Shown in pieces: positions 63,201 through 64,000 of a stretch of 64,000 nucleotides of DNA. The position numbers and the translations under genes are program-made. The notes beneath the pieces are model-generated. The model was not told the origin of the DNA. It did not search any database and saw only the letters and a program-made list of their open reading frames with translations. Position 1 is the first letter of the stretch; every line of letters starts with the position of its first letter. The stretch spans positions 17,226,752-17,290,751 of the forward strand of contig OZ316898.1 in the NCBI GenBank assembly GCA_973895155.1. The letters are read 5' to 3'. The stretch is from Marsupella aquatica. Taxonomy: Eukaryota; Plantae; Marchantiophyta.

Positions 63201-64000
63201 TCTCTCACGGTATCTTCCTGGCTTGCTCGATCTAAAGTCCATGGCCAACAGCTTGCCCTTCCTGGAACTTAGAAATCCTTCAATACATTACGCTTCTCGG
63301 GAAGAATGCAGTTATGCGTTCTGCCTTTCGGCGCGGCCATCCGAAGCTCAGGAGGAATTTGCACTGGCAGGCAGAAATGAGCTTAACCCGGGTTACTAGG
63401 CCCTACGGTAGTTACTCTAGTTCTCTGTCGGTTGATGAGAGGGAGATGATCCTCTGTTATAGTACGAAGCACTCTTCCCATCCTCGGTGGCAAGACTTCA
63501 AGCCGGATCCCATGTGTTGCACCTGGATGGCAAACCTTCGATACTATCCTTGAGTGCATACAGGTTGACAGCAGCTTAACTCTTCACGCTATTAAGACAT
63601 GGAATTGAAGTCGTCCAATTCACAAGGTGGGTCTGCCTACATTGGATGTGGAATGTTGCGTTGGAGGCCAGTTGATTTGTTGTGACATGTCCACTCACAG
63701 CGGTGGGTCTGGCCGGCGTGAACGTCAAACCCTTGCTCTTCTTCAACCAATCGAGAAGTGGAGGGAGAGAAACAGAGAGTATTGCTTATGTAGGCCTAGG
63801 TACTGCTCTACGAGACAACAACCCTCGTGCGAGACATGATGTGAAGGCGGAGCACACAGTTCCAATGCAAAGAGAATTTCTCAAACGAACCTCGAAGAGT
63901 TACATTGACAGATAGGTCTTGAACTTGCTGATATAATCGCATAGGATACTAAACAGCCTCCGCAGTTCAGGAGATTTTTTATTTTCTAAAATGCATTGGT

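Noticed and set aside
63344-63364. AAGCTCAGGAGG resembles the 5' part of miR390
   Set aside because: Only 12 nt match, the 3' half differs, and I see no complementary star arm nearby.
62200-64000. Possible gene or pseudogene near the window end
   Set aside because: There are several 60-100 aa frames on both strands, but no motif or consistent exon chain could be recognised.

Overview
Eukaryotic land-plant nuclear DNA: spliced genes with short GT-AG introns and TTTAGGG repeats. Gene content and structure suggest a non-seed plant, probably a bryophyte (inference). I reconstructed six apparently intact genes by hand: (1) an intronless small membrane protein (minus, 2.5-3.2 kb); (2) augmin subunit 2 (AUG2, 6 exons); (3) an FMO GS-OX-like flavin monooxygenase with a probable ~200-aa N-terminal extension; (4) a 20-exon inositol polyphosphate 5-phosphatase flanked by a C2 domain on each side; (5, 6) two F-box/PP2 (Nictaba lectin) genes. 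The F-box genes sit in a ~22-kb birth-and-death array with two recognisable pseudogene copies plus the flank of a third. That array is broken up by a deleted Copia element, a solo LTR and MITEs. The 16-29 kb and 50-58 kb regions are repeat-rich: a MULE with a 10-bp TSD, MITEs, a tRNA-like relic and tandem arrays. A tRNA-derived SINE with a 17-bp TSD lies at 4.8 kb. The best novelty candidates are the SHIP-like C2-5PTase-C2 enzyme with an apparently Ca2+-binding C-terminal C2, a TIR element inserted at a TTAA site whose empty site is visible in a paralog, and the extended FMO. All exon boundaries are manual and no database search was possible.
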